Part shown: piece by piece, positions 1 to 18,851 of the stretch
Layout of the letters: the number at the start of each line of letters is the position of its first letter
Position numbering within the stretch: the first letter of the stretch is position 1
NCBI RefSeq assembly: GCF_009914755.1
Contig: NC_060925.1
Strand: one strand, 5' to 3'
Source of the DNA: the human T2T-CHM13v2.0 reference genome, Homo sapiens
DNA length: 64,000 nt
Notes under the pieces: model-generated
What the model was told of the DNA's origin: nothing
The model's database searches: none
The model's input: only the letters and a program-made list of their open reading frames with translations
Position numbers and translations under genes: made by a program

Positions 1-273
1 TATTGACCTTTTCTAAGAACCAGCTTTTGGTTTCATTGATTTTTCTCTATTGATTTCTTGTTTTCAATTTAATTGATTCTTTTGCCTTGGTTTTTATTAT
101 TTCTTTTTTTCTGTTTACTTTGTGTTTAATTTACTCTCCTCATTCTAATTTCTTGAGGTGGAAGATCAGGTTATTGATTTTTGATCTTTGTTTTTTCTTT
201 AATTCAATTTAATGCATATTAAATGTATAGCATTTAATTTTTTTACAAATTTAATTCTTACAAATTTTATTAA

Positions 274-641
<368 letters not shown>

Positions 642-807
642 AGTTCAAAATATTTTTAAATTTCTCTTGAAAATTTCTTCTTTGACCCATGTGTTATTTA
701 GAAGTGTGCTACTTAGTCTCCAAGTGTTTTGGAATTTTCCACCCATCTTTTTGTTACTGATTTTTAGTTTAATTCAATCATAGATCATGATGATCTGAGA
801 GTAGATA

Positions 808-1086
808 TTATATAAACTGTATTCTTTTAAATTTGTTAAGGTGTGTTTTATGTCCCAGAATGTGGTGCATCTTGATGTATGTTCCATGTGAGCTTGGTAA
901 GAATGTGTACTCTACTGTTGTTGGATAAGGTAGTCTACAGATGACAATTATATCCAGCCAATTCATGGAACTGTTGAGTTCAGCTATGTTCTTACTGATT
1001 TCCTGTTTATTGGACCTGTCCATTTCTGGTACAAGGATTTTTAAGTCTCCAGATATAATAGGGGATTCATCTATTTCTCTTTGCAT
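808..1086 (-). pseudogene. Fossil L1 ORF2 endonuclease fragment
   Basis: Recognisable L1 EN motifs (GDF-like, YTF.S..HGT...IDH.LGHK..LNKFK) in a short frame bounded by stops. Confidence 0.8.
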
Positions 1087-1768
1087 TTTTATCAGTTTTT
1101 ACCTAATGCATTTTGATGTTTCATTGTTATATGCATATACCTGAAGGTTTATTATGTCTTCCTGGAGAAATGACCTTTTCATCATTATGTAACGCACCTC
1201 TATTCTTGTTAACTTTCCTTGCTCTGAAGTCTGCTCTGACTGATTTTATATTGACTTTATAGCTACTCCATCTCTATTTTGATTACTATTAATGTGGCAT
1301 ATTCTTCTCCATCCCTTTACTTTTAATTTATATGTGTCATTATATTTATAGTGGGTTTCCTGTAGATATCTCATAGTTGGGTCTTGACTTTTTTAATCCA
1401 CTCTGACAATCTCTGTCTTTTAATTGATGTATTTAAATCATTGGTGTTTAAAGAAATTATTGATATAGCTGGATTAATATTTACCATATTCATAACTATT
1501 TTCTATTGCCCTTTTAATTTTTTCCTACTTTTAATTTTCCACCCTTTTTCTGCACTTTGTGGTTTTAATTGAACATTTTTTATAATTTTATATGAGCACT
1601 TATATGATTTTTTCTCCTTTCTTAGCATATTAATCATACTTCCTTTTACATTTTTTAGTGGTTGCCCTACAGTTTGCAATATGCATTTACAACAAATCAA
1701 ATTTCACTTTCAAATGACATTGTATCGCTTCACAGGTTGTACAATACCTTACAATAATGAAAAATTGC

Positions 1769-2133
<365 letters not shown>

Positions 2134-4069
2134 TTAGCATTGCTGTTCATTTCACTTATACATAAGCTATAGTCATCAAATACATTGTTGCAATTATTAT
2201 TTTGATCAAACTATTATCTGTTAGATCAATTAAGAATATGAAAAAATAAAAGTTTTTATTTCACCTTCACTATTCCTTCTACAATACTCTTCATTTCTTT
2301 ATGTAAATTCAAGTTTCTGACCTCTATCATTTTTCTTCTCTGTGAATAACTTCTTTTAACATTTCTTGCAAGACAGGTCTAATGGCCACAAATTTCCTCA
2401 GTTTTTGTCTGAGAAAGTCTTTATTTTTTCCTACCTTTGAAGGATAATTCCCTAAGATACAAAGTTCTAGGTTGCTGATTTTTTTTCTCTCAGCACTAAA
2501 TGTTTTTCTTCATTTTCTCGCATACATGGTTTCTGATGGAAAGTTCAACATAATTCTTATCTATAGGTAAGGTATTTTTTTCTCTCTAGCTTCTTTCAAG
2601 ATTTTTCTTCTTTATCTTTGATTTTCTGCAGATTAATTATGATATTATAGGTGAAGTTTGTTTATTTTTTTATTTTATTTTTTGATATTTATCCTGCTTG
2701 GTGTTCTGTGAGATTTCTGGGTCTGTGGTTTGGTGTCTGACATTAATTTGAAGAAATTTCCTGTCATTATTGCTTCAAATATTGCATCTGTTTCTTTCTC
2801 TTTTTCTTCTCCTTCTGGTATTCCCATTAAATGTTTTTTTTTAAACACATTTTATAGTTTTCTTACAGTTCTTGGATATTCAATTCCATTTTCAGCCTTT
2901 TTTCTGTTTGCTTTTCACTTTTGAAAGTTTCTGTTGGTGTGCCTGCAACCTCAGAGATTCTCTCCTCAGTTGTCTCCAGTCTAGTAATAAGCACATCAAA
3001 GGCATTCTTCATTTCTGTCACAGTGTTTTTGTTCTGTAGCATTTCTTTTTAAATTCTTTCTCAGAATTTCTGTCTCTCTGCTTACATTATCCATCTATTC
3101 ATGATTCTACTTTTTTCATGTGAACCTTAGCATACTTACCACAAATTTTAAAATATTTCTCTTATGATAATTCCAACATTCCTGCCATGTCAGACTCTGG
3201 TTCTGATGCTTATTTAGTTTCTTCAAGTTGTGTTTTTGCCTTTTAGTATACCTTGTAATTTTTTGATAGTTGGTTATGATGTACAGGGTAAGGGAAATTA
3301 CAGTAAATAGGCCTTTGGTAATATAGTGGTAAGGTGTGCGGGAAGGGAAGCATTTTATGGTCTTATGATTAGGTCTCAGTCTTTTAGAGGGCCTAGGCTC
3401 CTGGACTGTGAACTTCACAAATGCTTCTCAGATTTTCCCTGTCCTTTTGTGGGAAAGAATGGCTACAACGGGCTGGAGTTATGTATTTCCCTTTCCCCAG
3501 ATCAGCTGGCTTCTAATTAAACCCTAATAGGTTAGGCTGTGGTAAATAGTATTTTTTTGAGGGCAGGCTTCACTAAGAACAGAATGCTCTGGCATATTTC
3601 AAAATGGCTATTTTCCTCCTTTCCCTGCCAGTAGAATGAGAGAATTTTTCCCCATGATCTTCACAGTGAGAACCTAGTAGAACTCTTAGAGGTGAAACTC
3701 ACAAAATTGTCAGGATCCCACTGTGAATGGTCCCCACCTATCTCTGGAGTTTTATTTCTCAGATATGTCTACACTGGGCCTCCAGCAATTTGTCAGTTAC
3801 AGTTCTGGTTTCCCTCCCCTGGCACTGGTTCCCAGAGAGGTTTCTCTTTGTGGATTTCTGCCCTGATAAGTTGTGATTTTCTATATTTGCCTATCTGCCT
3901 CTCCAATTTGGGGGGACAATGGTTTGCCTTGTGACCTTACTTTTTTGATTAATAAGACTTATTTTTGTTTGTTTTTTAGTTTATTAAGGCTTTTACTTGT
4001 TGTTAGGATGGAGTAATGACTCCTAAGCCCCTTATATGCCAGATCAGAAATCTAAGGTCCCCATTATTT

Positions 4070-4200
4070 TTTCATGTAATCCTCATCACAATCCTTTGAA
4101 GTAAATATTGTTAGCTCAGTTTCGAAGATTAAAAAAAATAGGCTGAGAAAAGTCACATGGCTTGGAAGGGGCAAAACTGGGATCAAACTCATATTTCACT
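4070..4200 (-). mobile_element. MIR fragment
   Basis: tcatgtaatcctcatcacaatcctttgaagta...ggctgaga resembles the MIR core. Confidence 0.6.
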
Positions 4201-4230
4201 TCCCCAAGGTAGCCATTCTCCTTCCAGAGT

Positions 4231-4302
4231 GCTGGCTGTTCCTACTTATACAGAGCCAGCTGTCCCTACTCATGCAAAGCCAGATGTCCCTATTCGTACG
4301 GC
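4231..4302. repeat. Degenerate 24 bp x3 tandem repeat
   Basis: Units gctggctgttcctacttatacaga / gccagctgtccctactcatgcaaa / gccagatgtccctattcgtacggc. Confidence 0.75.
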
Positions 4303-5856
4303 ACTTTGCTCACCAGTGCTTCATTTGACCAGATTTGTGCTGGTGCTTACCTTGAAGCTCTTTAAATTAAAGCTTAGGTGTTTTAACCTGGTGTTGTAAA
4401 TTGGTAGGTCTTCTGGGGAAATCCAGTTCCTGATCATTCAGTGAACTCTTGCCTAATTCTTTTTGAACCCATGACTTTTGCTTCTCCTTAGGCAAAGGAA
4501 AAGAATGAAAAATGAAATATACTCATTTTATTACTAATAGCTCCAGTAAAATGATTTAGGATGGCATAATTTGAAAAGGAGAGCCAAAATATAGCCAAAG
4601 GAATACATGTAATTATCGTTAATTTGTGCAGAAAGGAAAAATGGACTTAGAGCCATAGGGCCAGAGTTTGAGTTGAGTCCTGGCTTCGTGCCTTGGTCTG
4701 CAAATGAGCCTGAGTCTCAGTTTCTTTATTACTAAATACTCTTTTATGTTTGCATCATGGTTCAGTTAAAAAGTACCCATCAACAGTTGTTGAATACGTT
4801 CATGCTCAAAGGAAGCTAAAAGGAATGATATAAAAGAAATATAATGATGCCTGTCTACTGGGTAGTTGTGGAGAATGAAAAACTATGTGCTTCTGAGGGT
4901 AGTTTTTAGCTTTCAGATTTTGTTTTAAAGTCACTTCTGACCTGCAAAACAGTTGAGGCATCCTCAGCTCACTCCCTCTATTTTTGGCTTCTAAATTCTG
5001 AGACTGATATTCCATTTCCTGATGTCTTTGGCTACTGCTCAGCTGACCACAGCTTTCTGTTGGTCCAGGAGACTATCTAATTCTATTTGGTTGCAAACTC
5101 TAGTTTTCATTTAGCGTCTTTCTGCAGAGCTCATCACTTCCCACCTGCAGACCCATCCTGACAAAATGCCTAGGGATCCCTTCCACATCTAATTTCATAA
5201 TTCGCCTCATCTGGACCTGTTTCACCTTAGAGAAAGCCAATGCCAAAATAATGCCTTCCCAATGTCTCAGTATTAACCTATATAAAATAGATAATGCTTA
5301 TGCTTCAGCACACAACAATGTAAGATCTCCCACCACCATCTCCAATGGCGGGTACAGAATGGCAGACTTGTTTGCATGGTCATTGTGAATACTTCACTCA
5401 TCAGATTCAGCTCAGAAACAAAACACTGGAGTCTGCGCCTGCAGTGAGGTGTCTCAAGAATGTGGCAGAGGAGGTCAGCTTCTAAGAGACAAATCAAGGA
5501 GACTCAGCAAGCAGTAGAAGCACTTGATCAAGACGGTGGGGGGGCCCACCCTGAGAAGTGTTTTGTCCGTGTGCTGCTGATGAAGACTTAGGAAATATTC
5601 CATTGCAGCTAAGGGTGTGGCCTTAAGCCTGGATTTCACTGCAGCTAACACCTTTTTAGTAATTCTTTGGAAGGAGTGGTTTTGTTAAATGGTGAGGCTG
5701 CACTGGACCTGGGAAATGAAAATTGGGCTGTCAAATCCCACTAGAAGAAACCATGCTAGGGGCACCACATCTAGCAACTATGTGGATGTGGGCTTTCACA
5801 GAGGTTCTATTGTGGTATAGATTTCCTATAGCCTGAAGGAAGTGTACCTCAAGAAC

Positions 5857-5906
5857 AGCGCTTCTCAACTGGGGATAATTTTGTTCCCCAGGGGACATTT
5901 GGTAAT
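5857..5906 (+). mobile_element. MER20 (hAT) terminal fragment
   Basis: cagcgcttctcaactggggataattttgttccccaggggacatttgg matches the MER20 end as I recall it. Confidence 0.65.
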
Positions 5907-6016
5907 TAACTCTATTATTAGTTTCCTTGAAGAGTAAGTATTGGCCAGATTTCCTCTCACTCCTCTTCGGTTCCTAATACCCTAGTCTAAATGTGTGGGA
6001 TGGTTAAATATCCATG

Positions 6017-6421
6017 TGATGTGGTTTGAATGTTCTTCCCCTCCAAATCTCATGTTGAAATGTGATCCCCAACGTTGGAGGTGGGCCTAGTAGGAGGTGT
6101 TTGGGTCATGCAGGTGGATCCCTCATGAATGTCTTGGTGCCCTCCCTGCAGTAGTGAGTGAATTCTCACTCCATGAGTTCATGCTGGTTGTTTAAAAGAG
6201 CCTGGCAATCTTTCTTGCTCCCTCTTTTTCCATGTGACATGCCTGCCTTCCCTGTGGCTTCTGCCATGGGTAAAAGCTTCCTGAAGCTTCACCAGAAGCT
6301 GAGCAGATGCTGGTGCCATGCTTGTACAGCCTGCAGAACCATGAGCCAAATAAAACTATTTTCTTTATAAACTACCCAGTCTCAGGTATTCCTTTATAAC
6401 AACGCAAAGCAAACTAATACA
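6017..6421 (+). mobile_element. MST-family (MaLR) solo LTR
   Basis: Runs tgatgtggtttg...ccctccaaatctcatgttgaaatgtgatcccc...aaactaataca. 5 bp TSD ccatg/ccgtg (one CpG-type change). Confidence 0.9.
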
Positions 6422-6529
6422 CCGTGGATCAGAAAGAAGCTATAAAACCCTATAGAAAGGAATGAACAAAGGATGACAGGGGTACAAAATGATGGAAAGG
6501 TGCTCTATAGAACAGTTTTCTTACTTTGA

Positions 6530-6760
6530 TTCGTTCCTTCCATCTCCATCTCTTTCTTCCCTCAAACAGTTACTGAAGACCTACTATATGCCAAGCACTG
6601 TGCAGAGCACTGAGAATATAAGGATGAACGACACAATCCCTACACTTTAGGAAGTCACAGTCTAGTGGGAAAGACAGACTTATAAACCAGTAATTAGACC
6701 CTGTGGTAGTACTTCATTAGAAATACAAATAAAAGGTTTTGAGAGTGACTACTGAAGGAG
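6530..6760 (-). mobile_element. L2 3' fragment
   Basis: aacagttactgaagacctactatatgccaagcactgtgc...gtcacagtctagtggg. Confidence 0.7.
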
Positions 6761-6762
6761 TT

Positions 6763-7247
6763 CATATTAGTTTTCTATTGCTGCTGTAACACATTTTTGG
6801 ATATTTAGTGGCTTAAAACAACACAAATCTATTTCCTTACAGTTCTGGAAGCCAAGCTCTGAAATTAGTTTCTCTAGGTTAAAGTCAAAGTGCCAGCAGG
6901 GCTGGTTCCTTCTGAAGGCACTAGAGGAGAATCTGTTTCTTTGCCTTTTTTAGCCTCTGGAAGACTACCTGTCTTCCTTGGCTCGTGACCCTTTCCTTGC
7001 ACCCCTCCAGCCTCTTGCTTATGTCATCATATGCCTACTTCTCCCATAGTCATATATTCCCTTGTTCTCTCTTATAAGAAGTCTTTAATTACATTTAAGG
7101 CCCATCTGATCTAGGCTAATCTTCCCATCTCAAGATCCTCGACTCAAATCACATCAGCAAAGTCTCTTTTTAGCATAAAGGTGACATTCACAGGTACTGA
7201 AAATTAGCACCTCAATATCTTTAGGGGGCATCATCCAGCCAACTACA
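6763..7247 (-). mobile_element. MLT1 (MaLR; MLT1B/C-like) LTR
   Basis: tattagttttctattgctgctgtaaca...ggcttaaaacaacacaaat...cagttctggaagcc...cagccaactaca. Confidence 0.8.
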
Positions 7248-7295
7248 GAGTTATAGAATGAGGATAGGGCATTTGGGCTGTGTCTTGAGGGATGA

Positions 7296-7624
<329 letters not shown>

Positions 7625-8519
7625 TGGCAATTTTCTAGGCTGAGAGGATATGATCTTACCTGTTCAGAGATTTGTAAGATATTCAAAGTAACCCCATAGT
7701 TACTTTGTGCAGAAGTTGAAGCTGGTGAAAGTGGCAAGGCCAGGGCACAAAGAGCCTTGAGTGCCAGACCCTGAGGTTTGAATCTGGTTTTATTCACAAC
7801 AGAGCTTATTATACAAGGAATGGAGTGAGCTGTTAATAAAGTCAAGTGGAGAGATGATGTGGCCTTAATAAGGGCAGAGGCATTGGCATTCATCGACTCT
7901 CCAATACCAAACCATGCTGAGTGTCCTTAACTCCCATCCTCATTTTTGTGTCCTGGTTTAGGCCACCTCATCTGAATGATTACTGAAGACTTCATAATCC
8001 TCCAATTTTGCTGCTATCCAATCAATTCCTCAAGCTGCAGCCAAAGTGATCATCTAAAACACAAGGCTGATCATGCCACTGCTTGCCTAGTCATGAATGA
8101 CTCCCAGTTACCTTCAGGACATATATGACTCTCCAGCATCTGGGCCCTGCTCACCTCTCTAGCCTCACTAGTGTGCTTTTCTTGGTCATTGTTCCCAAAT
8201 AAGTCATAGTACAGTACTTAGCCAGTTGCTGACTCAGAAGATCCCCATCTCAGGAGACTTTAAACCTTCATATGAGCCCAGGTCACCATTTCCAACTCCT
8301 TCTCCTTATGGGAGTGCTTTTTGTTCCCTTGGTGTCCTTGCTCATCAGTTTGACCTTGACCAGAATGACTCTAATTCACCCCAATGTGATCTAGTAATGT
8401 TCAATTTCAGGGGAAAGGGTGGTATCCTGGTCAGGGCTCTAAGATGGCCCTCAAGCCTCACCTTCCCCATGACTGTCCACCCTACCCTCGCCCAGATCAA
8501 TTCCCTTATTATCCCTTCT

Positions 8520-9060
8520 CCTTGAGGGTGGCTGGACTCTGCAAATATGATGGGATAGCTCTCCCATGAGCAGGTTATGAACCAGTTGACTAAGTTAATC
8601 AAAAGGAAGAGTTTCTTGGAGGGGTCTGACTTCATTAGAGGAGGCTTTAAAAGAAGTCAGAGAGATAGTCCCCTGCTACCTTAAGGAGGAAGAATAGTTT
8701 CGAGTATGAGAGGCCCTGTGGGAAAGACAGGGACATGGAATGAAACTGCAGGTCACTACTAGAAGCTGAGAGCAGAGATTTAGCAAGAGAATTAGAGATT
8801 TAGCAAGAGAATGAGGACATTAGTCCTCCAACCTCAAGAAACTGAATTCTGTGAACAATCATGTGAGTTTGGAAGAGGACTTGGAACCCCAGAAAGGAAT
8901 GCAGCCTGGCCAATACCTTGATTTCAGCCTCTTCACAGAGAACCTAGCTCAGTCATGTCTGGACTGCTAACCTACATGTAGAAACCATGAGATAGTCAAC
9001 AGGAGTTGTTTTAAGCTAAATTTTGGGTAATTTTTTCTGTAGCAATTGAAAACTACTTAT
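8520..9060 (+). mobile_element. Old MLT1 LTR with an internal 20 bp tandem duplication (8774-8812)
   Basis: gaaactgaattctg...gcagcctggccaataccttgatttcagcc...gttgttttaagct...tagcaattgaaaacta. The motif agagatttagcaagagaat occurs twice in tandem. Confidence 0.7.
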
Positions 9061-9417
9061 AGGTGGGGGTTATACGGGGTCCCTTCCCACCAACAGACCC
9101 CCATGCTTCTTATTAAGATTCATTCCCACCCAGAGCTCTGCACACCAAGAGGACCTAGGAGAGACATCAAGCCCCAAAGACATTTTCATTGCTTCCTCCT
9201 GGTTTTAGAGTTACATAATCAAGAGGGGTGATTCCAGAAGAGATTTTTCTGTAATACAGTTCTGTGTGGAAAGGACATGCTGGCTCCACCTACACGGAGA
9301 AGCAATGCTGAGTTGCTGAATTTAGGAAAAATCAAGTTCTTCCTCACCAAACATTGTATCATATATGGCTAAGAGTGAGGTAAAGAGTAGCAGAAACTCT
9401 TGGGAAGATGGTTTTAA

Positions 9418-9572
9418 GTGGTTTGCAAAGCTGGTCCCCAGACAACGGCAGCAGCTGGGAACTTGTCAGAAATGTGAATTCTCTGGCCCCTTCCCAGAGC
9501 TCCTGAATCAGAAACGGTGTTTTAAATAGCCCTCCAGGTGATTCTGAGATACAATAAACTTTGAAATCACTG
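9418..9572. mobile_element. MER5A (hAT-Charlie MITE)
   Basis: agtggtttgcaaagctggtcccc...ctgggaacttgtcagaaatg...gccctccaggtgattctga...ttgaaatcactg. Confidence 0.75.
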
Positions 9573-10889
9573 ACTTAGACAAATAATAGTCGGCAATGCA
9601 AATGATGTATAGCAGTATTTTCTAAGTGAATCCCACTAAAAAATAACACAGTAACAAGGGATGCAGAACCCATACAAGGCTCAAACTTGCTCACACTGTC
9701 CACAGTTGTGATCAGCTACCCTCAGGCTCTCACAGGCTCTGGTGACATGAAGGTCAGAGAACCTGTGATGTTAGCTGTCAGGGTCACTTTGGGATTTATT
9801 TAATCCCAGCCTAATCCCATCCTCATGATGCCTGCCTGCCACATCGTTGATATTTGATAAATACTTGTGGAATGCATGATAAGGTGGGACTTAAAAAAAA
9901 CCATCCCTTGTTTCGGCCCTGGAGTTGGAGTCTTATTCCCAGGTCCACTCAAGGATAAATCCACCCTCATTAAAGAGAGAGGAGAATTCTCTAATCTGGA
10001 GAGGTATGGTACATAGTGGATGGTATGTTGGCATGGGGAAAGGAGCCATGGAGCAGAGGAAAGTACCATTCAAGAGCCTGCAGAGTCCACCTCTGCCACC
10101 TCCAGCCCCAATTTAGCAGCTGTGTTCAGGCTTCTGGAACGGATCTAGCACCTATGCTCGTCTCAGTCAAAACCCTTGACACCCCCTATAGGGAGCCTAG
10201 GACAAGAAACTTCATATTGGCATAAAAGAGAAAACACTCTGCATTAATGCGCACGACAACAAATGGACAGTTTAATGACCGTTTCTGGGCAGTAAAGGCT
10301 GCCCTGGGGCAAACTGGTACTAGCCCACATTCCAAGAACACAAGGTACTTTTTCAGCCTGGTCAACCAGATTGTAATTCCTTCTGTACCACGCATTATTA
10401 TGTGATTCTTGTTCAGATGATTAAAAGAGTTTGTTTGCCACTTCCAAGAACCCCTCTTGCAATTTAAATGATTCATGCACCCCAGTTTTACAAAAAGGAA
10501 AGCAACCTCATTGTTATTTGCTCTGTTAAAGCCCTCAAGTGTTCAGCTTATTATTTTGTTACCTGGTAATGAGGGGTGGGGGTGCTCTTATTTCTAATTC
10601 TCTAATCTTTTCATGGGGGAATTCTTATGGGATAATAAAAATTCCTTATTTCATTAACAAAGAAAAAGCTGCAGTTCTCATCTTTTCTCCTTTTTTGGGA
10701 GGGTGGGAAGGGGTGATACTTGCTGTCACATGCTAGTATTATTCTCTGCCACCTAGCAAGTTCAGAAGAAGAGCTGAGCAAAAAAGAAGTCAGAGTGATA
10801 AGAATATTCCTTTCTTATCTCTGCACCAGAACAATAACACACTTGTGGTGGAGACTGCGAGTTCTCCCCCAGCATCCCTCCCCTTCTTC

Positions 10890-11810
10890 TTCTTTTCCTT
10901 TTTACAGATTCCTCAAGTTTTACCTGCACTGTGCTTATATTTAGGTACAGAAAAATTCCATCATCACAAGAAACCCTCAAGTTGCCCTTTTATAACCACA
11001 TCCACCTCCCCACTGTCTCCCTAATCCCTGGAAAGCACTGATCTATTTCCCATTTCTTTAATTTTGCCATTTCAAGGTGTTATGTTAAATGGAATTATGC
11101 AGTATGTAACCTTTTGGGTTTTTTTTTTTTTTTTTAACTCAGCATAATTCCCTTGAGATTCATCTAAGTTGTGGCATGTATGAATAATTCCTTTTTTATT
11201 GTTGAGCAGTCTTCTGCAGTATGGGTGTACCACAGTTTATTTAAAGATTCAGTCTTTGGAGAATATCCAGTTGTTTCCAGTTTGAAGCTAGAAACATTTG
11301 TGTACAGATTTTTGAGGAACATAACTATTCATTTATTTGGGACAAATGCCCGAGTGTGCAACTTCTGGGTTGTATGATTGTTGCATGTTTATATATAGTT
11401 GTTTATGATAATTATTATGTTTAGTTTTCTAAGAAACTCACAAATTGTTTTCCAGAGTAGACTTACCATTTTATATTGCTACTAGTAATATATGTGTAGT
11501 CCAATTTCTCTATATCCTCACTAGCATTTGGTATTTCTGCTATTTCTTGTTTTAGTCATTTAGATAAGTATGTAGTGATAACTCCTTGTGGTTTTAATTT
11601 TCATTTTCTTAATGGGAAATGATGTGGAAAATTTTTCATGTGCTTATTTGCCATCTGTATAGCCTTTTCAGTGAAATACCTGTTTATGTCTTTTGCCCAT
11701 TTTCTAATTAGATTGCTCATTTTGGAGACAATGAAAAATGATTTCTTGAGTTTCAAGAGCTCTTTATATGCTCCAGATACTGGTCCTTTGTAGGATATGT
11801 GGTTGCAGTC
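10890..11810 (-). mobile_element. Old L1 (L1MB/ME) 3' fragment
   Basis: actcagcataattcccttgagattcatc...atgggtgtaccacagtttatt...ttttcatgtgcttatttgccatctgtata. Confidence 0.8.
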
Positions 11811-11829
11811 CTTCTTTCTTTCTATAGCT

Positions 11830-12480
11830 TAACTATTTGGATTTATGCTGAGCACGTAACTGTCTAGCTAGGGACTACTCTTCTTAACTTTCCTTGCCGC
11901 TAAGTATAGCCATGTGGCAAATTTCAGGCCAAGGAGATGAGAGTAGAAATGATACATGCAAAGTCTGATCATGTCTAATGAAAACAAAGGCCACTTGCTC
12001 TGAACATCTGTCCTCTACCCATTCTGGGAACATAGACCTTGCAGCCACCCAGAGTCAACCAGGCAGATGGGGATACTGCCTTAGAGTAGGGGTCAGCTGT
12101 TAGTAAGTAGTAAAATAGTAAATACTTTAGGCTTGTGGGCCATATGGTCTCTGTAGAAATTAGTCTTTTTATGAACTTTGTCATTTTAGCACAAAAGCAG
12201 CCTTGAGCAATATATAAACAAATGAGCATGGCTGTGTTTATATACAACTTTATTTACCAAAACAGGTGGTCCACTCATGGGATATAGTTTGCTAACCTCC
12301 TAAGGCAAAGCCACAAGAGAACAAGAGCTGCATTCCTGAATGGTCACATGGAGTGGAGCTATTCCATCAGCCTGGATAGCTACTCTCCAGGCTAATTCGT
12401 GAAAAAGAAATTAACTTCTGTTTTTGTAAGTCACTTTATTTTAGAGGCTCTTTGTTGTAGCAGCTCAGCCTTTGCCTATA
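11830..12480 (+). mobile_element. Old MLT1 LTR interrupted by a MER58-like MITE (~12088-12301)
   Basis: MLT1-like ends (gccatgtggcaaatttcaggccaa...aagtcactttattttagaggctctttgttgtagcagc). MER58 core ttaggcttgtgggccatatggtctctgt...aaatgagcatggctgtgtt. Confidence 0.65.
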
Positions 12481-13053
12481 TAGTATAAAAATTGGCATTT
12501 ACTGGGTACTTACTGTGCCCACTGTGAAAAGATGATTCAAAGGTAAATTTCATATGCTCCCTGCCCAGAGAGAGCTTGCGGTTGACTCTGAGAGAAAGAT
12601 CCCAGTACAGTGAGATGGAGCTGTAACCAAGCTATAAAGAAAGAGAAGGAAAGAAACACTTTACTGAGTGCCTAATATATTGCAGGCATTTTATTGTTAT
12701 ATCTCTGAAGGCTCAGGGAAGTCTATGAAGTATGTTATTATATTTCCATTTTAGAAATTTTAAAAACCCATGAGTCTCTGTAAAGTTATTTAACTTTCCC
12801 AGTGGCATAGATAAATTTGAACCCTTGAAAAGTATTAACCAAGGATTTATTCATTGCTGATATTCAGAGCCTGACCTGAGTCCTCTCTCTCTGGAGCACA
12901 GTGGGCCCTTTGCTTCCTCCCGCAGTCCTCCCTGCTGGGTAGCGCCTCCATCACCATAGTCAACCCAAGAAAGCTCAACAAGCAGTTGCCAAGCAGCTTC
13001 TACCTGCCCAGATCCCAAAGCAGGTCCAGAAAGGCCAGAGGAATGAAGGAAAG

Positions 13054-17833
<4,780 letters not shown>

Positions 17834-17859
17834 TTCTCATTTTTATGGCTGAGTCTTCT

Positions 17860-18000
17860 CACTTTTTTCCTCTCCCAGCCTTGGTTTCCTCATCTTATAA
17901 AGACTATTACTTCCACCTCTAAGTGGTGTGAGAATTAAATGAGATAATGATGGGAAAGAACCAACTTAGGCTAATACTAAGTGCTCAGTAAGTAGTATTC
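17860..18000 (+). mobile_element. MIR fragment
   Basis: ccttggtttcctcatct...tgtgagaattaaatgagataat...taagtgctcagtaa. Confidence 0.7.
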
Positions 18001-18851
18001 TCTCTCCTTAGAGGAAAACAACCTTCATGCAATAGGTGATGGGAGTGGGAACTAGTTTAAAGGGAAGGGATACATCAGTGTAACTTTGTCTCCAAAAAGG
18101 GGAAAACAATTAAGAGCAGGTGACCTTACACTGAAGTAAACAGCACGGGGCAGGATGGTCATTTCATATGCAGCAGAAAACTGTGTCTCCAATGCACCCC
18201 TTACTTTCCTCTCGGGAGGTCCTGGAGACTCTCTGGCAGGTGAGAGTGCCAAATGTATTGACTCTGTTCAGATCTTGGGTCAGAACAACACAGGCCTGGG
18301 GACAGGTTAAAAATGAAATTTCTCACAGTGCTATACAAGGTTTTCCATAATTCTCCAGCTCTTCCTGAAGCCTTCTCCAGGGCGGCTGGCTGGAACTGTG
18401 TTTCTAAACATACTTCAAAATCACTGGAAAAATGAAAAGCTAAAGAAACGATGCACACTACATGGAAGTTTACAAGTGAAAGAACAAAGTCACCACTTGA
18501 CAATTCAATTGGAATGTCAAATTGCAGCAGTTAGCATTCATGAAATACTAGTTTTAGATACACAAATGCAAAGTAATCAGAAAAACATTTGCTCCTGAAA
18601 AGTGATCGCTGTGGTGCTTTGCATTAAGCTGTAATCACCCTGAAGGTAAAATGAGCAAATTCTCAAGACCTGGAGATTTTAACCTCTGAGAAAGTAAGAC
18701 TGTGTTTGGGGACTTTGACAAAATTTGGCTAGCCAATTTGCTGCTTTCTCTAACCTACCACTCTGTGCTCTTCTGTGATGTGTATTTTTTTTCATATTTA
18801 CAATTCTTTCCTCCCTGCCATCACCTTTTAAAATTTAATTCTGACCCCTAT

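Noticed and set aside
8774-8812. 20 bp tandem duplication
   Set aside because: Real, but an ordinary slippage event within an old LTR.
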